From Selaginella moellendorffii (Eukaryota; Plantae; Lycopodiophyta): a DNA stretch of 64,000 nucleotides. Below the pieces are notes generated by a model. That model was not told where the DNA came from and made no database searches. It saw only the letters and a list, made by a program, of their open reading frames with translations. Both the position numbers and the translations under genes were made by a program. The DNA is taken from NCBI RefSeq assembly GCF_000143415.4, contig NW_003314266.1, positions 2,068,463 through 2,132,462 of the forward strand, given 5' to 3'. This document shows, piece by piece, positions 36,783-48,700 of the stretch; the first letter of the stretch is position 1; each line of letters starts with the position of its first letter.

Positions 36783-38675
36783 CTACTTGTATTCGTTGAG
36801 GAGCTCCTTACCTGGTGGGAGCTTAGTGGGAAGAGTGCCAATCTCAAGATATCCCAGCAACATGGCCACAACGTCACTCATTGTTGGTCGAGCTTCCTCA
36901 TGTTCTTGCGTACATAGCATGGCAACACGGAGCAGTCTAGAAACCTCCTCCACCACATAGACACTGCCCAGCCTCTTGTCAATGCATTCGCTCATCCTGT
37001 TTGCCATGACGAGTTTCCAAGACTGCAGCCATGAAAGCATTGGTTATCGGTTCTAATTTGATCGACTTACCAGTTGAAGTAAGAGCTCCTCTGCCGCTGG
37101 CGAGCTCTAGGACGAGGATTCCGTAGATAAAGACATCGGCTTTGGCTGTCAATCGCCCTCGAGTTGCGTACTTGGGTGCCATGTATCCACTAGAAGAATG
37201 GCGTGAGTTTTGTCCAGACTGCGGAAGGAAGAGGATTACAATGTGCCGGCCACCTTTGTACTCATGAAGCTTTTGTCCAAGTTTGATATCCCAAAGTCGG
37301 AGATCTTTGGCTGCAGCTTGATGTTGCTGGCTTTGATGTCTCCGTGGATAACCTGGACATGGGACTCCTCGTGCAAGTAAGCAAGACCACGAGCTATCCC
37401 AATGGCAATTTGAAAGCGTGACTGCCAGTCAACGAACGCGTTTGATCCAGAACCTGCGGATAAAGCTTATCGTTAGAAAGAATGGAGAGAAACAAGGATT
37501 ATTACTGAAGAGCGCTCGGTCAAGGCTGCCTTTGTTGAGGAAGTCGTAGACGAGCAGCCTTTCATCTGCCTCAACACAATAGCCTTTGAGCCTTACAAGA
37601 TTTCGGTGCTGAATTCCCATGATAATGATGATCTCGTTCACGACCTCTCTTTTGCCTTGGTTAGACTGCAAGGAGAGCTTCTTCACTGCTACTTGCGAGC
37701 CACTGTTTAAGGTGGCCTACAAGAAACAAGATAGTTCTAGGCGTGCAACTTCACAGAATAAAGAACTAACCTTGTAAACAGTTCCAAATCCACCTTGTCC
37801 AAGCTTGTTCTTCTCGCTGAAGCTATCAGTGGCTAGAGACAAATCCTGGTACTTGAACACAAGAGGACCTTCAATGCTTCCTGTTGTCAACGAAGCAAAC
37901 CACGTCAAAAACGGGAAGAACACTCGAGAGAAAATAACACTTACTTTCGATGTCGGTATCGTCTCCACGCCTCTGGCGCCAAACCAACTTGGTATGTATC
38001 CTCCATCTCCATATGGCAAAGCCAGCAACACCCAAGAGCAAACAAAGTCCCACTGCTCCTCCCACGAGTCCCCATGGCCAAGAAGAGGAACTGGATGCTC
38101 GAGCCGGAGGAGAAGAACTTAATGGAGGTATTGGAGCTAGCGCAGGAGCTGAAACATTCGGACCCAGCACCCCCAACACACCTACAAGCACAAGCTTCTC
38201 ATACGAGATGCATCTAGTGATATTAGAGAAACTTACTCATTTTGACCAGCTCGGCAGTAAAGTTGTAGTTCTCGAATCTCAAGCGGCAACGATTGGAGGT
38301 GTCGTTGATCCAAAGCACGCCACCCACGGCAAGAGAAGCCACTTGCTGGAACTGACTGTAGGCCTGCTGGATGCACGAGGCGCAGCTTGTCTGATCCGAC
38401 ATGTTGTAGCAGCCAATGTGGCCGTGAGTGGTGTCGGGGAAATCACCATAGCCAAGGCATGAAGCGAATCCATTGGGAGGATTGTGCTCATAGAGGAACT
38501 GGATGACCGTCTCCACATTCTTCTGGAACTGGCTCCCTTGGGTGGTCTTGCGGGTGGCGTTATACACGACACCAGGTTTGGCGTCGCTGCTTGGCTCGTC
38601 GGGTGGAATGCCTTGTGCTGCCGAGCGATCGAGCAAGAACAGGGGAATCATCCATAGCAAGATCAAGAGTGCCAT
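36783..38675 (-). pseudogene. Single-DUF26 cysteine-rich receptor-like kinase with a damaged kinase domain (pseudokinase or pseudogene)
   Basis: Signal peptide, one DUF26 (C-x8-C-x2-C: CYNMSDQTSCASC; CRLRFENYNF), TM helix, LGQGGFGTVYK, HRNLVRLKGYC. The catalytic loop reads [19 protein letters not shown] (lacks LLD), and APE is replaced by APK. Confidence 0.75.
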
Positions 38676-38920
38676 TGCTGTGCTTCACGCGGCTGAGCCA
38701 AAGAGAGTATGTCAAGTCCAAAGCTAGCAATGTTAATATTAAAGTTTAACATTAATTTAAAATAAAAATTCTTTTATCCTTTTTCTTAATTATAACGAAA
38801 GAAAATACGACTGGATAAGCATACGTGTCATATCTGCGGCTTCCTATTGGCACAATCCGAATCTTTAGAATATGCTTCATCAATGGAGGGTTTTCTCGCG
38901 GAGCCGGTTCGTTGTTGGCT

Positions 38921-39511
38921 ATGGCAGCAGCGGCAATGGCATTCTCCTCCTCCTTCCTGCGACTTCCCAAGATTTACGCTCCACAGCAGGTACCGCAATC
39001 GCCTCCTTCAGCTAGAAATCTCTCAGGGGTAGCAAGATCAAGCGTGGAGCATTCCAATCCCATTAGAATGATCCAGGAAGAAAAGTTGGAGAGCCCACCG
39101 TCGCTCTCGCGGAGGCAAGCGGTGTTGGCTTCCACCACCGGCATTGTGTTGGCGGGGATGATGGAGCTCCATCCCTGCGCGGCATTGGCAGACTTCATCG
39201 AGGATTACAAATCGGACACCGAGGCCGTGATTGCCAAGGTGAAGGAGACGCTGGCGCTGGAGAAGACCGATCCGGCAAAGCCCAACGCGGTGGCGAGCCT
39301 CCGGCAGAGCTCAAACTCTTGGGTCGCCAAGTACCGGAGAGAGAAGAGCGTCGCCGGGAAGCCCTCCTTCAGCAACATGTACTCGGTGCTCAACGCCATC
39401 TCCGGGCACTACATTAGCTTCGGGCCCTCGAGCACCATCCCGGCCAAGCGCCAGCAAAGAATCCTCGAGGAAGTGAAAGACGCCGAGAAGGCGTTGAGTA
39501 GGGGACGATAG
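38921..39511 (+). CDS. PSB27: Photosystem II assembly/repair protein Psb27-H1 (thylakoid lumen)
   Basis: Transit peptide, twin-arginine LSRRQAVL, A-L-A cleavage site, WVAKYRREK..SFSNMYSVLNAISGHYISFGP..IPAKR..RILEE..AEKALSRGR. Confidence 0.95.
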   Translation: MAAAAMAFSSSFLRLPKIYAPQQVPQSPPSARNLSGVARSSVEHSNPIRMIQEEKLESPPSLSRRQAVLASTTGIVLAGMMELHPCAALADFIEDYKSDTEAVIAKVKETLALEKTDPAKPNAVASLRQSSNSWVAKYRREKSVAGKPSFSNMYSVLNAISGHYISFGPSSTIPAKRQQRILEEVKDAEKALSRGR

Positions 39512-39609
39512 AACAAGGCTTTGACCAATAATCAAAATCTGGCATATTCACTGAACGATGCCAAGAAATTATGGACTAATTTAGGTGGTTTATGGACAGT
39601 AGATGGAAT

Positions 39610-41095
39610 AGTTTAAAACCCTTAAAACCTTTGCAAAACACGAGCCTATACCTGAAAGCAAGGCAGTGCCAGGCTTTGCAAGCGAATCGAATACCTGGTG
39701 TGTGCTCTGCACCGAGCGTATGAATCCTGCAGCAAGCACGGGATGATCGCGTTCTCGTCTGTGATTCCACGCCGGCATATCTCCGAGCGGGTGGTGACCA
39801 TGGTGCCGCTGGCCTTGAGAACAGCCACGAAGCTCTGAGTGTCCGGCTCGTTTGATCGTCCATAACCATGAACGCTAGCTCTTCTTCTCCACAATCTGCG
39901 AATCCTGTATGAGCGCGTTCCATGTAACCAAGTCGCGGTTCCAGCACCAGCAAAGCGTCAGCCATGCTCCCACACTTTGCATACGCGTCTACCAAAGTGT
40001 TCTTTATGAAACCATCCGCCGGTAAAGCGTGCACGGCCATGGATTTCTCCACCGAGACTGGCTTCATCATCGGACTCCTCCAATCCCAAACTCGTACAAG
40101 CCATACACGAAAGTGTGACCATCAAAATGGAAGCTTGTGCTACACTCCATACTTGCACGAGCTCACGTTGGCCATTCTCGGCGTATGAGGGAGTTCCAGG
40201 AGACGACGCTATGGAAATCCATTCTGGCGAAGACTCCCACCATGGATGCTAACCAGCGTGTTTGCAATGTAAATGCCAGAGTCGTGTCCATTGTGGCGAG
40301 GTGAAAGAAGAGCTTTCAAAGAGGAAGGAGAAGAATAACTTACAGAAAAACTGCATTCTAGCCTTGCTTGAACAACTTGAGAACGCATTTTCGCATCGCC
40401 GGTCAAGTTTGTATTGAGTTCGATGATATCAGAGCGAACTTAACACTATTGTGAAAAACAATTCTTATCAGTGTTTGACTACTAACTTGTTTTCTCTTGC
40501 GCAGCTAGGCTCAGGATCTAGCACGAAACATCAAAAGCCTGCAAAGATTAAACAGCCACAAAGTTTCCAATTCAAGTATGGCCAAGCGAGAGATAGTTCT
40601 CTCGAGACGAAGCTAAGAGCCATCTCCCATGCGACTCTGGAAATCCAGTTTAGAAGAATAAACCACTTCTAGAGTTGGACTCTTACTGCCGATAACTGAA
40701 GGAAAAGATCAGAGGACGTCAATCTTTTATAGAACGACGTCACATCGTTTTGTTCATCAGGCTCAAGAACTGACACAAAGTTCTTCCAAGAAAACGGGAA
40801 GATTGAGCTTCCACCGCCATGGTAAAGAAAAGTCCACACTTTCACCTGTTTGTAGATCCAATCGGGCGAAACAAGCTGTGATATAAGCGCAGTGACAACT
40901 CCCGGATAAACTTGTGTGTAAGCAAGTCCTACCGTCTCTCCCGAAGAACCACCAAGAACAAGCCATCTTTCGAAAAGAAAAAACAAAGAACGAACACGTT
41001 GAAATTGTTTTGGGTTTCAGTTCTTCATGGAGGTCCAAGAGCTGGATGCACGCGAAGACACGCACAGTTCTTCGATCTCAAGCACTATCGTGTGA
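39610..41095 (-). pseudogene. Rearranged, deletion-shredded duplicate of the neighbouring PPR-DYW and proline iminopeptidase genes
   Basis: ~39635-40295 is the reverse complement of ~41612-42810 with many gaps; ~40320-40985 is a direct copy of ~44120-44905 including introns; ~41018-41092 is an inverted copy of the exon at ~45103-45176. Confidence 0.9.
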
Positions 41096-41476
41096 CCCTA
41101 CTAAAAACTTTAAATTCTAAACTCTTAATACATGCTATTCCCTTGATTTGTATCAACAAGGCAAATGGGAAGAGATCCAAACGGAATTGATTCCAATCTC
41201 TTTGAACATGGAGATGGTAACATTGGCAAATTTATAGACTTGTTTGATTGTTTTGATTGATATAAAAAAGTGGTATTTCGATTGATGATATGGGGAACGT
41301 TACTATCTAATTTTTTGTGGGAGGGGGGCCACCGGTAGCTTGCTACCACGTGTCATTTTGGCCTTACACCAACCCCGTTTAAAGTTTAATTCTAAGAAGC
41401 ATAGTTGTTGATTTAGGGTTTATGGGCAATTTTTTTAGGGTAGTGGTGGTTCATGGGCGATCCTGGCTCAACATGA

Positions 41477-43672
41477 ATGGAGCTTTTTCAATCGCTCCAA
41501 TATCCTCGAAACGATCAATGCTTTGAGGTAATCTCCCAGCTCGTCACTGCCTTGAAATCGTGCAGGAGCTCCAGAGACCTCCCAAAGGGAAGGCTCGTCC
41601 ACGCAAACGCCGCTCACAATGGACACGACTCCAACATTTACATTGCAAACACGCTGCTCAGCATGTACGCTAAGTGTGGAGCCATGGTGGACGCTGCTCG
41701 AGTCTTCGCCAAAATGGATCGCCACAGCATCGTCTCCTGGAACTCGCTCATCCTGGGATACGCCGAGAACGGCCAAGGCGAGCTCGCGCTGGTTCTCTTT
41801 GCAAGCATGGAACGCAGGACAAGCTTCCACTTTGATGGTCGGACTTTCGTGGCTGCGCTGAAGGCTTGCACGAGTTTGGCCGTGGAGGAGTCCAAAGCTT
41901 CCGGCAGCAAAACGATGGTGAAGCCTGTTTCACTGGAGAAATCCATGGCTGTGCACGCTCTCGCGGCAGCCCGAGGCTTTCAAGAGGATGTTTTCGTGAA
42001 GAACACTTTGGTGGACGCGTATGCGAAGTGTGGGAGCATGGCCGACGCTTGGAGAGTTTTTGCCGGTGCTGGGAACCGCGACTTGATTACCTGGAACGCG
42101 CTCGTACAGGGATTTGCAGACTGTGGAGAAGAACAGCTAGCTTTCGAGTTTCTCTCGATGATGGAGGTGGAAGCTCTTCGAGCGGATGGTTTGAGCTTTA
42201 CTGCCGGTTTTAAGGCCTGTGCCGGGCTGGCCGAGAAGGAACAAGGCCGGGAGATCGACGGGACGATGGTAAAGACCAAGGCTCTCGAGAAAACCATGGC
42301 TTTGCACGTCCAAGCTTCTCGCAAGAACTTAGACTCGCACGACATCATGGTGGGGAACGCTCTGGTTGACGCCTATGCCAAGAGTGGGAGCCTCACGGAC
42401 GCGAGCAGGGCCTTTGCGAGGATCCAGAAGCGAGACTTGGTGCTGTGGAACACGCTCCTCGCGGGACACGCGTCAAACGAGCAAGGAGAGGAAACTTTGG
42501 ATCTCTTCTTCCAGATGATCATGGATGATCACACCGAGCCGGATGCTCGGAGCTTCGTGGCTGTGCTCAAGGCCAGCGGCACCATGGTCGCCTTGAGCGC
42601 CACCCGGTTGATCCACTCGGAGATATGCCGGCGTGGAGTCGCGGACGAGAACGAGATCATCGCGTGCTCGCTGCTGGATTCATACGCTCGGTGTGGAAGC
42701 ATGCAGAGCGCACTCCAGGTATTCGATTCGCTTGCAAAGCCTGACTCGGTGCTGTGGACTGCGTTGCTTTCAGGATATAGCCGCGAGGGAAACACCCGGC
42801 TCGTGTTTGAGACGTTCTGCGCGTTTCTCGACCAAGGCTTTCGTCCAAACAGTGTGACTTTCGTGTGCCTTCTCACGGCGAGCAGCCACGCCGGCCTGGT
42901 CGCCAAAGGCCAGGCGATCTTCCAAGCGATGGAGCTAAAGTTTGGGATCCAGCCAGGGCCGGAGCACTACCTATGCATGGTGGATCTCTTGGGACGCGGT
43001 AACAGGCTAGACGAAGCCGTGAAGATGGTGGAAGCCATGGAAGATGCTACAGTCGGGCACTGGATGACCGTCTTGGGGGCTTGCAAGAAGTGGAAGAACG
43101 TAGAGATGGCAAAGCTCGCTTTCGAAAAGGTCGTGGAGCTGGACGAGAGAGATCCTGCTGCTTACTCGCTCATGCTTGCGACTTATGCGAGCTTGGGGAT
43201 GTGGCAGGAGATGCCGCGAGTTTACGAGATGAGGAGGAAAGGTGGCGGGCTTGCGAGGCCGGGATTGAGCTGGTGGACGGACGAGACGGGGGCAGTGCAC
43301 AAGTTCGTGGCCGGGGACGTGCGGCATCCACAGATGGAAGAGATCCAGCGAAAGTTGGGAGAGCTCGCGGTGAAGATGAACGAAAAAGGCTACGTTGCGG
43401 ACTTGGCGAGCGCTGCGAGGAAGAGAGCTTCCGATGCCGACAAGGAGAGGTCGCTATGTTGTCACAGTGAGAGGCTGGCGATCGCGTGTGCGCTCGTGAA
43501 TTCCTCCCCCGGGACTACGATCAGGATTGCGAAGAACTTGAGAGTTTGCGACGATTGTCACTCGGCGACGGCGTTTTTTTCCAGGATTGAGCGGCGGGAG
43601 ATCATTTGTAGGGACTCGAGCAGGTTCCACGCGTTTCGCGATGGTGCTTGTTCGTGTGGAGACTTCTGGTAA
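41477..43672 (+). CDS. PLS-class PPR protein with E/DYW deaminase domain (organellar C-to-U editing factor), intronless
   Basis: Repeated NTLL/VSMYAKCG and VSWNSLI motifs, PG-box RPGLSWW, HSERLA, KNLRVCDDCH, ends RFHAFRDGACSCGDFW. Confidence 0.96.
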   Translation: MELFQSLQYPRNDQCFEVISQLVTALKSCRSSRDLPKGRLVHANAAHNGHDSNIYIANTLLSMYAKCGAMVDAARVFAKMDRHSIVSWNSLILGYAENGQGELALVLFASMERRTSFHFDGRTFVAALKACTSLAVEESKASGSKTMVKPVSLEKSMAVHALAAARGFQEDVFVKNTLVDAYAKCGSMADAWRVFAGAGNRDLITWNALVQGFADCGEEQLAFEFLSMMEVEALRADGLSFTAGFKACAGLAEKEQGREIDGTMVKTKALEKTMALHVQASRKNLDSHDIMVGNALVDAYAKSGSLTDASRAFARIQKRDLVLWNTLLAGHASNEQGEETLDLFFQMIMDDHTEPDARSFVAVLKASGTMVALSATRLIHSEICRRGVADENEIIACSLLDSYARCGSMQSALQVFDSLAKPDSVLWTALLSGYSREGNTRLVFETFCAFLDQGFRPNSVTFVCLLTASSHAGLVAKGQAIFQAMELKFGIQPGPEHYLCMVDLLGRGNRLDEAVKMVEAMEDATVGHWMTVLGACKKWKNVEMAKLAFEKVVELDERDPAAYSLMLATYASLGMWQEMPRVYEMRRKGGGLARPGLSWWTDETGAVHKFVAGDVRHPQMEEIQRKLGELAVKMNEKGYVADLASAARKRASDADKERSLCCHSERLAIACALVNSSPGTTIRIAKNLRVCDDCHSATAFFSRIERREIICRDSSRFHAFRDGACSCGDFW

Positions 43673-43718
43673 GATTAAAGAGGTACTTTCATTCGCAAAA
43701 ACGTTTTCCATTGCAACT

Positions 43719-45507
43719 CTAAGCTAAGAACTTGTTTGTAGCTAAAACAAGCTCTCTTGCTATACCTTTCTCATACATGGAATGGCCAGAATCTCCCACT
43801 GCGAGTATCACCAGTTTAAAACCTTTGCGAAAAGCTTCTCAAGCATACCGATTTTCAGCTCAGCCTCTGGCCACGCGCAGTGAAGGTCGACCGCATTCTG
43901 GAAAGACGAAGCTTCCTGTAAGAACTAGCAGAATGGGAAGGAAAGAATCGCGAATGACTCACAACAACGGGACAGACAAAATCGTAGCGACCATGGATGA
44001 TCACACAAGGAATGTGTCTGATCCTCCTTACTCCTTCCAAGAGCTGCTGGTCTTTCAGGAATCCGTTTCTCATCTGTGGATGTGTTAGCAATGAAACAAA
44101 GAAGAAGAGAAAGAGAAAAAAGGAGAAGAACTTACAGAGTAATGGCATTCTAGCCTTGCTTGAACAACTTGAGAAGGCATTTTTGCATCGCCGGTAGGAA
44201 GCCACTCAAGAGTTTGATGATCTACGAAAAAGAACATGCAATGGTCGTGAGAAACAATTCTTATCAGTGTTAGACTACTAACTTGTTTTTTCTTCCGCGG
44301 TTAGGCTCAGGATCTAGCACGAAACATGAAAAGCCTGCAAGTATTAGAAGCAACAAAAAGATCAAACAGCCACGAAGGATTACAGCAATACTCTTACTTT
44401 TCCGGAAGGATTCGAGTATTGCTCTCCATTCCAAGCGAGCGATTGTTCTACTGAGAAGAAGCTAAGAGCCATCTCCCATGAAAACCAGGCCCGACTCTGG
44501 AAATACCAGTTATTTTAGAAGACGAAACGAGAGCTGGATTCTTACTGCTGATAGCTGGCGGGAGGGATCAGAGGAAGTCAATCTTTTGTAGAACGACGTC
44601 AAAACATCGTTTTGTTCGTCCGGCTCAAGAACTGACACGAAGTTCTTCCAAGAGAACGGGAAGATCGAGCTTGCACCGCCCTGGTAAAGAAAAGTAAGGT
44701 GAAAAAAGAAAAGAAAAACTCTAAGCTCAAGTCCAAACTTTCACCTGTTTGTAGATCCAATCGATCTCCCTCTGGCGAAACAAGCACACTCCTCGCAATA
44801 TAAGCGCATGGACAACTTGTGGATAAGCTTGTGCGTAGGCAAGTCCCAGCGTTGCACCCCAAGAACCACCAAGAACAAGCCATCTTTCGATAAGAAAAAA
44901 CAAAGAAAGAACGATTGAGTGACGAGATCCTTCTTGGAGAGTTGAAAGTAAAGAGAGAAAAGTTCCAAGATGACGAACCTCTCGACGTTCAAATGCTTCC
45001 GTAGCTTCTCCAGATCATCCACAAGGTCCCAAGTCGTGTTCTCTTGGAGGCATCCTTTCGGCGTGGATTTGCCACAGCCTCTCTGATCAAGCAGCACAAT
45101 GTGATAGCGCTGGGAATCGAAGAACTGTGCATGCCTTCGTGTGCATCCAGCTCCTGGACCTCCATGAAGAACTGCAAAAAAAATTTTTAAAAAAAAATCC
45201 ACTTGAGAACTCACAGATTTCTACGCAAGTAAGACGCTCGATCGATCACCACTTACACACGGCTGATTGTCCGCAACGATTTCCAAAAGTCTCATAGTAA
45301 ATGGTGTGGAGCTCCGAGACTTTGAGGTAGCCATTAGAGATGCTGGAGCTGGGAGCAAACAAACTGGAAGAAACCGCGGCTCTACAAACAAAACGAAACA
45401 TAAAAGACTTTGGGTCGATGGGTAGCAAACCTGGAGGATTGGAGCGACACATTTCTATGGTGGTGATGGACATAGCCGCCAGTGGAACCAAAGAACACCA
45501 TCGCCAT
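43719..45507 (-). CDS. PIP: Proline iminopeptidase (prolyl aminopeptidase, S33), multi-exon
   Basis: GYLKVSELHTIYYETFGN, VLHGGPGAG, DQRGCGKSTP..NTTWDLVDDLEKLR, GGSWG nucleophile motif, IIHGRYDFVCP, GDSGHSMYE. Likely exon 1 is MAMVFFGSTGGYVHHHHRNVSLQSS from ATG 45507; stop TAG at 43721-43719. Confidence 0.9.
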
Positions 45508-45553
45508 TCTTGGAAGAACTTAGGTCCTTCCTTTTGGAGCCAAAACGAGAAAA

Positions 45554-45578
45554 TGCGGTGAGCGTGGATCGAACACGC

Positions 45579-45621
<43 letters not shown>

Positions 45622-45626
45622 CCCGC
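45554..45626 (-). tRNA. trnF-GAA: tRNA-Phe (GAA), cytosolic
   Basis: GCGGGGATAGCTCAGTTGGGAGAGCGTCAGACTGAAGATCTGAAGGTCGCGTGTTCGATCCACGCTCACCGCA, 73 nt, canonical plant tRNA-Phe, followed by TTTT. Confidence 0.98.
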
Positions 45627-45751
45627 TTATCCGTAAAATTAAATCTTATTATCAGATTTAAGCACGATTTGTTCTTAAGCTAAACGAAAGGCGAAAAAAA
45701 ATATATTCCCTTGATTCGTATCATCAAGCTCTTGTCTATGGCCGAAGAAGA

Positions 45752-48700
45752 TCAAACTGGGGACAGGAGCTGCGATTGCGAGGATGACAGATCCCCAAAA
45801 TCCGTGCTGCTCTCCTCCTTGTTCTTCCCGGGCCTGGCATCCCCCAGCATTTGCACAACATCCCGCATCGTCGGCCTGTCCACCGGGAGATCGCTCGTGC
45901 ACAGCAGCGCCACTCTCAGCACCAGCATGATCTCCTGGAGCGGCAAATTCTCCTCCCGGATCCGCGAGTCGAGCACCTCCAGCACCCCGTCCTTGGTCTG
46001 GATCTTCTTCCTCACCCATTGGACAATGTCCACTCCATCGCCAAACTCCGGCTCGATCGGCCGCCGCCCCGACACGAGCTCCAGCAGCACCACTCCAAAG
46101 CTGTAGATATCGCTCTTCTCGTTCACCTTGAGCGTGTAAGCATACTCTGCGAAAGTTCCCAAAAGTTCGTTAGAACCGGACACTCAAGAACCCTAAAAAA
46201 CCACCTCAAGAACCCTAAAAAACCGTCTCTCACCTGGGGCGATGTAGCCATAGGATCCGGCGATGGAGGACATGGATTCCGATTTCCCCGAGTCCTGGAA
46301 GAGCTTGGCGAGGCCGAAATCCGCGACGCGCGCCTGGAACTCGGCGTCGAGGAGGATGTTGTTGGATTTGACGTCGCGGTGGACGATGAGCGGCGAGCAG
46401 TCGTGGTGGAGGTAGCACAGCCCATTGGCGGCCTGGAGCGCGATCTTGTAGCGCGTCGCCCAGTCGAGCATCACGGCGCCCTTGCTGGATCCATGGAGCG
46501 CCTCCCCGAGGCTGCCATTGGGCATGTATTCGTAGACGAGGACGTTGGTCTCCTTGTTGGAGCAAAACCCTAGGAGCTTGACGATGTTGCGGTGCCGGAT
46601 CTTTCCCAGGGTCTGGACCTCGGCCGAGAATCCGTGATCGCTGTGGCTCATGGAGCCGCCGATCTTGCCGCGCGCTACCCCTGCCGCGGCCGCGGGATTG
46701 AATCCCGAGAGCTTCTTCACCGCCACGATCTCGCCGGATGGCATCACGCCCTTGTAGACGATGCCCGATCCGCCGCGGCCGATGATGTTGTCCTCGTTGC
46801 TCAGGCATTCCAGGATGTGGGCGACGCTGAATCCCCCCAGCTTCTGGAACGCGGTGAGCTTCCAGGCCCCGGCGCCGCGCGATCGCGGGCGCAAGAACCC
46901 TAGCCGGCAGAGGTAGCGTCGGTACTTCCGGAAGAAGCAGCACACGCCCACCACCAGCACCAGCAGCGCCGCGGAGAAGAGCGCGCCGACGAGCCACGCC
47001 AGGAGCTCCGGATCGCTGCGCCCGCGCCCATGGCCGCCATAGCCGCGAGAATTAGGGTTCTTGGGGCACGGCCCCAGCGGCGCGCCACACAGCCCGAGAT
47101 TCCCCACGTAGCTGCTGCGATTGAAGGCCTGATCCGTGGCCGGGATGGCGCCGCTGAGGCGATTGTAGGAGAAATCCACCGAGTTGAGGCTCTGGAGCAG
47201 CGCGATCCCCCGCGGGATCCCGCCCGAGAATGCGTTCCTGGAGAGGTTGAGCACGCCCAGCACCTCGAGCGCTTCCAGCGATCGCGGGATCTCGCCGGAG
47301 AGCTGGTTGACGCTGAGATCCAGCATTGTGAGCGAGCGGCAGCTGCCGATCTCTGGAGGAATCCCTCCCGAGAAGAAATTGTGAGTGAGATTGAGCTGGA
47401 GGAGCCATTGCATCCGCCCCAGCCCCGCCGGCACCGCGCCCGCGAGGCGATTGTAGGAGATCTGGAGCTCCTTGAGCATGGAGAGCGCTCCAATCCCCTC
47501 GGAGATCTCCCCCCGGAGAAGATTCTCGCTCAGATCGATCTTCTCGAGCTTGGGCGCGGCGAATTCCTCGTCGCCCATGACCCCATCCAGCTTGTTCCTC
47601 ATGAGCTCCACCATGTCGAGATTGGGCAGCGCGAACAGCCCCCGCGGGATCGCGCCCGAGAGGAGATTGTCGCCCAGCCGGACCTTCTCGAGACTAGCGC
47701 ACGATCCCAGCCCCTCGGGGATGGATCCCGAGAGGCGATTTTGCTGGAGGATGAGCGTCGCTAGCTTCCCTCCCCGGCAGAGGCTGGATGGGACGCTCCC
47801 ATTGAGCGCGTTCTTGGAGAGGTCGAGCATCCATAGCTGACCATTCCCGCCCAGGAACTCCGGGATGGCGCCCACGAATCCATTCCCCCAGAGGAAGAGC
47901 ACCTCGAGATTGGGCATGTCGCCCACGAAGGAGGGGATCTCCCCGGAGAGATTGTTGCGGAAGAGATTCAAGAGCTTGAGCTCCTGGAGCTTCTCCAGGC
48001 TCGCGGGGATCCCTCCGGTGAGCTGGTTGCACGAGAGATCCAGCGATTGCAAGGCCCGGAGGCCGCCGATCGCGTCAGGGATGGATCCGGCGAGGGAATT
48101 GAGCTGGAGGAAGAGCGTGTCGAGGCGGCGGAGCCCCCCCAGCTCGATCGGGATGGAGCCATTGATGCCGGCGCTGGCGAGATCGAGGCGGCGGAGGCTC
48201 TTGAGCCGCCCAAACGATCGAGGGATTCCTCCGGAGAAGTGGTTGTAGTAGCCCAGGTAGAGCTGCTCGAGCGACTCGAGATCGCCCATCTCGGCCGGGA
48301 TCTCGCCGCTAAGATCGTTGCCCGAGAGCGCGAGGTAGCGGAGGCTCTTGATGGATCCATACTCGCGCGGGATGGAGCCCGAGAAGAGGCTGCCACCCAA
48401 GTGGACGTGGGCGAGCAATGGCAGCGCCGAGAGGCCGATTGGCAGCGCGCCCGTGAAGTTGTTGTTGTAGGCGTCGAGGATCGCGAGCGATGGCGAGGCG
48501 GAGGAGAGATTGGCGGGGAAATCGCCGCTGAAGTTGCAGTGGGAGATGTTGAGGTAGCGGAGGAGCGGCAGCGCTCCCAAGAGCTCCGCCGGGAGGGCGC
48601 CGCCGAGATCGTTGACGTCGAGGGAGAGATTGGCGAGCGCGGAGAGGCGCGAGAGCGTGCCCGGCGCGATCGATCCCGAGAGGCTCATGTTGGAGAGCGT

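Noticed and set aside
45246-45611. ORF MGERQTEDLKVACSIHAHR as the PIP N-terminus
   Set aside because: It is the tRNA-Phe sequence read as codons from a TTG. The spliced model from ATG 45507 is more plausible.
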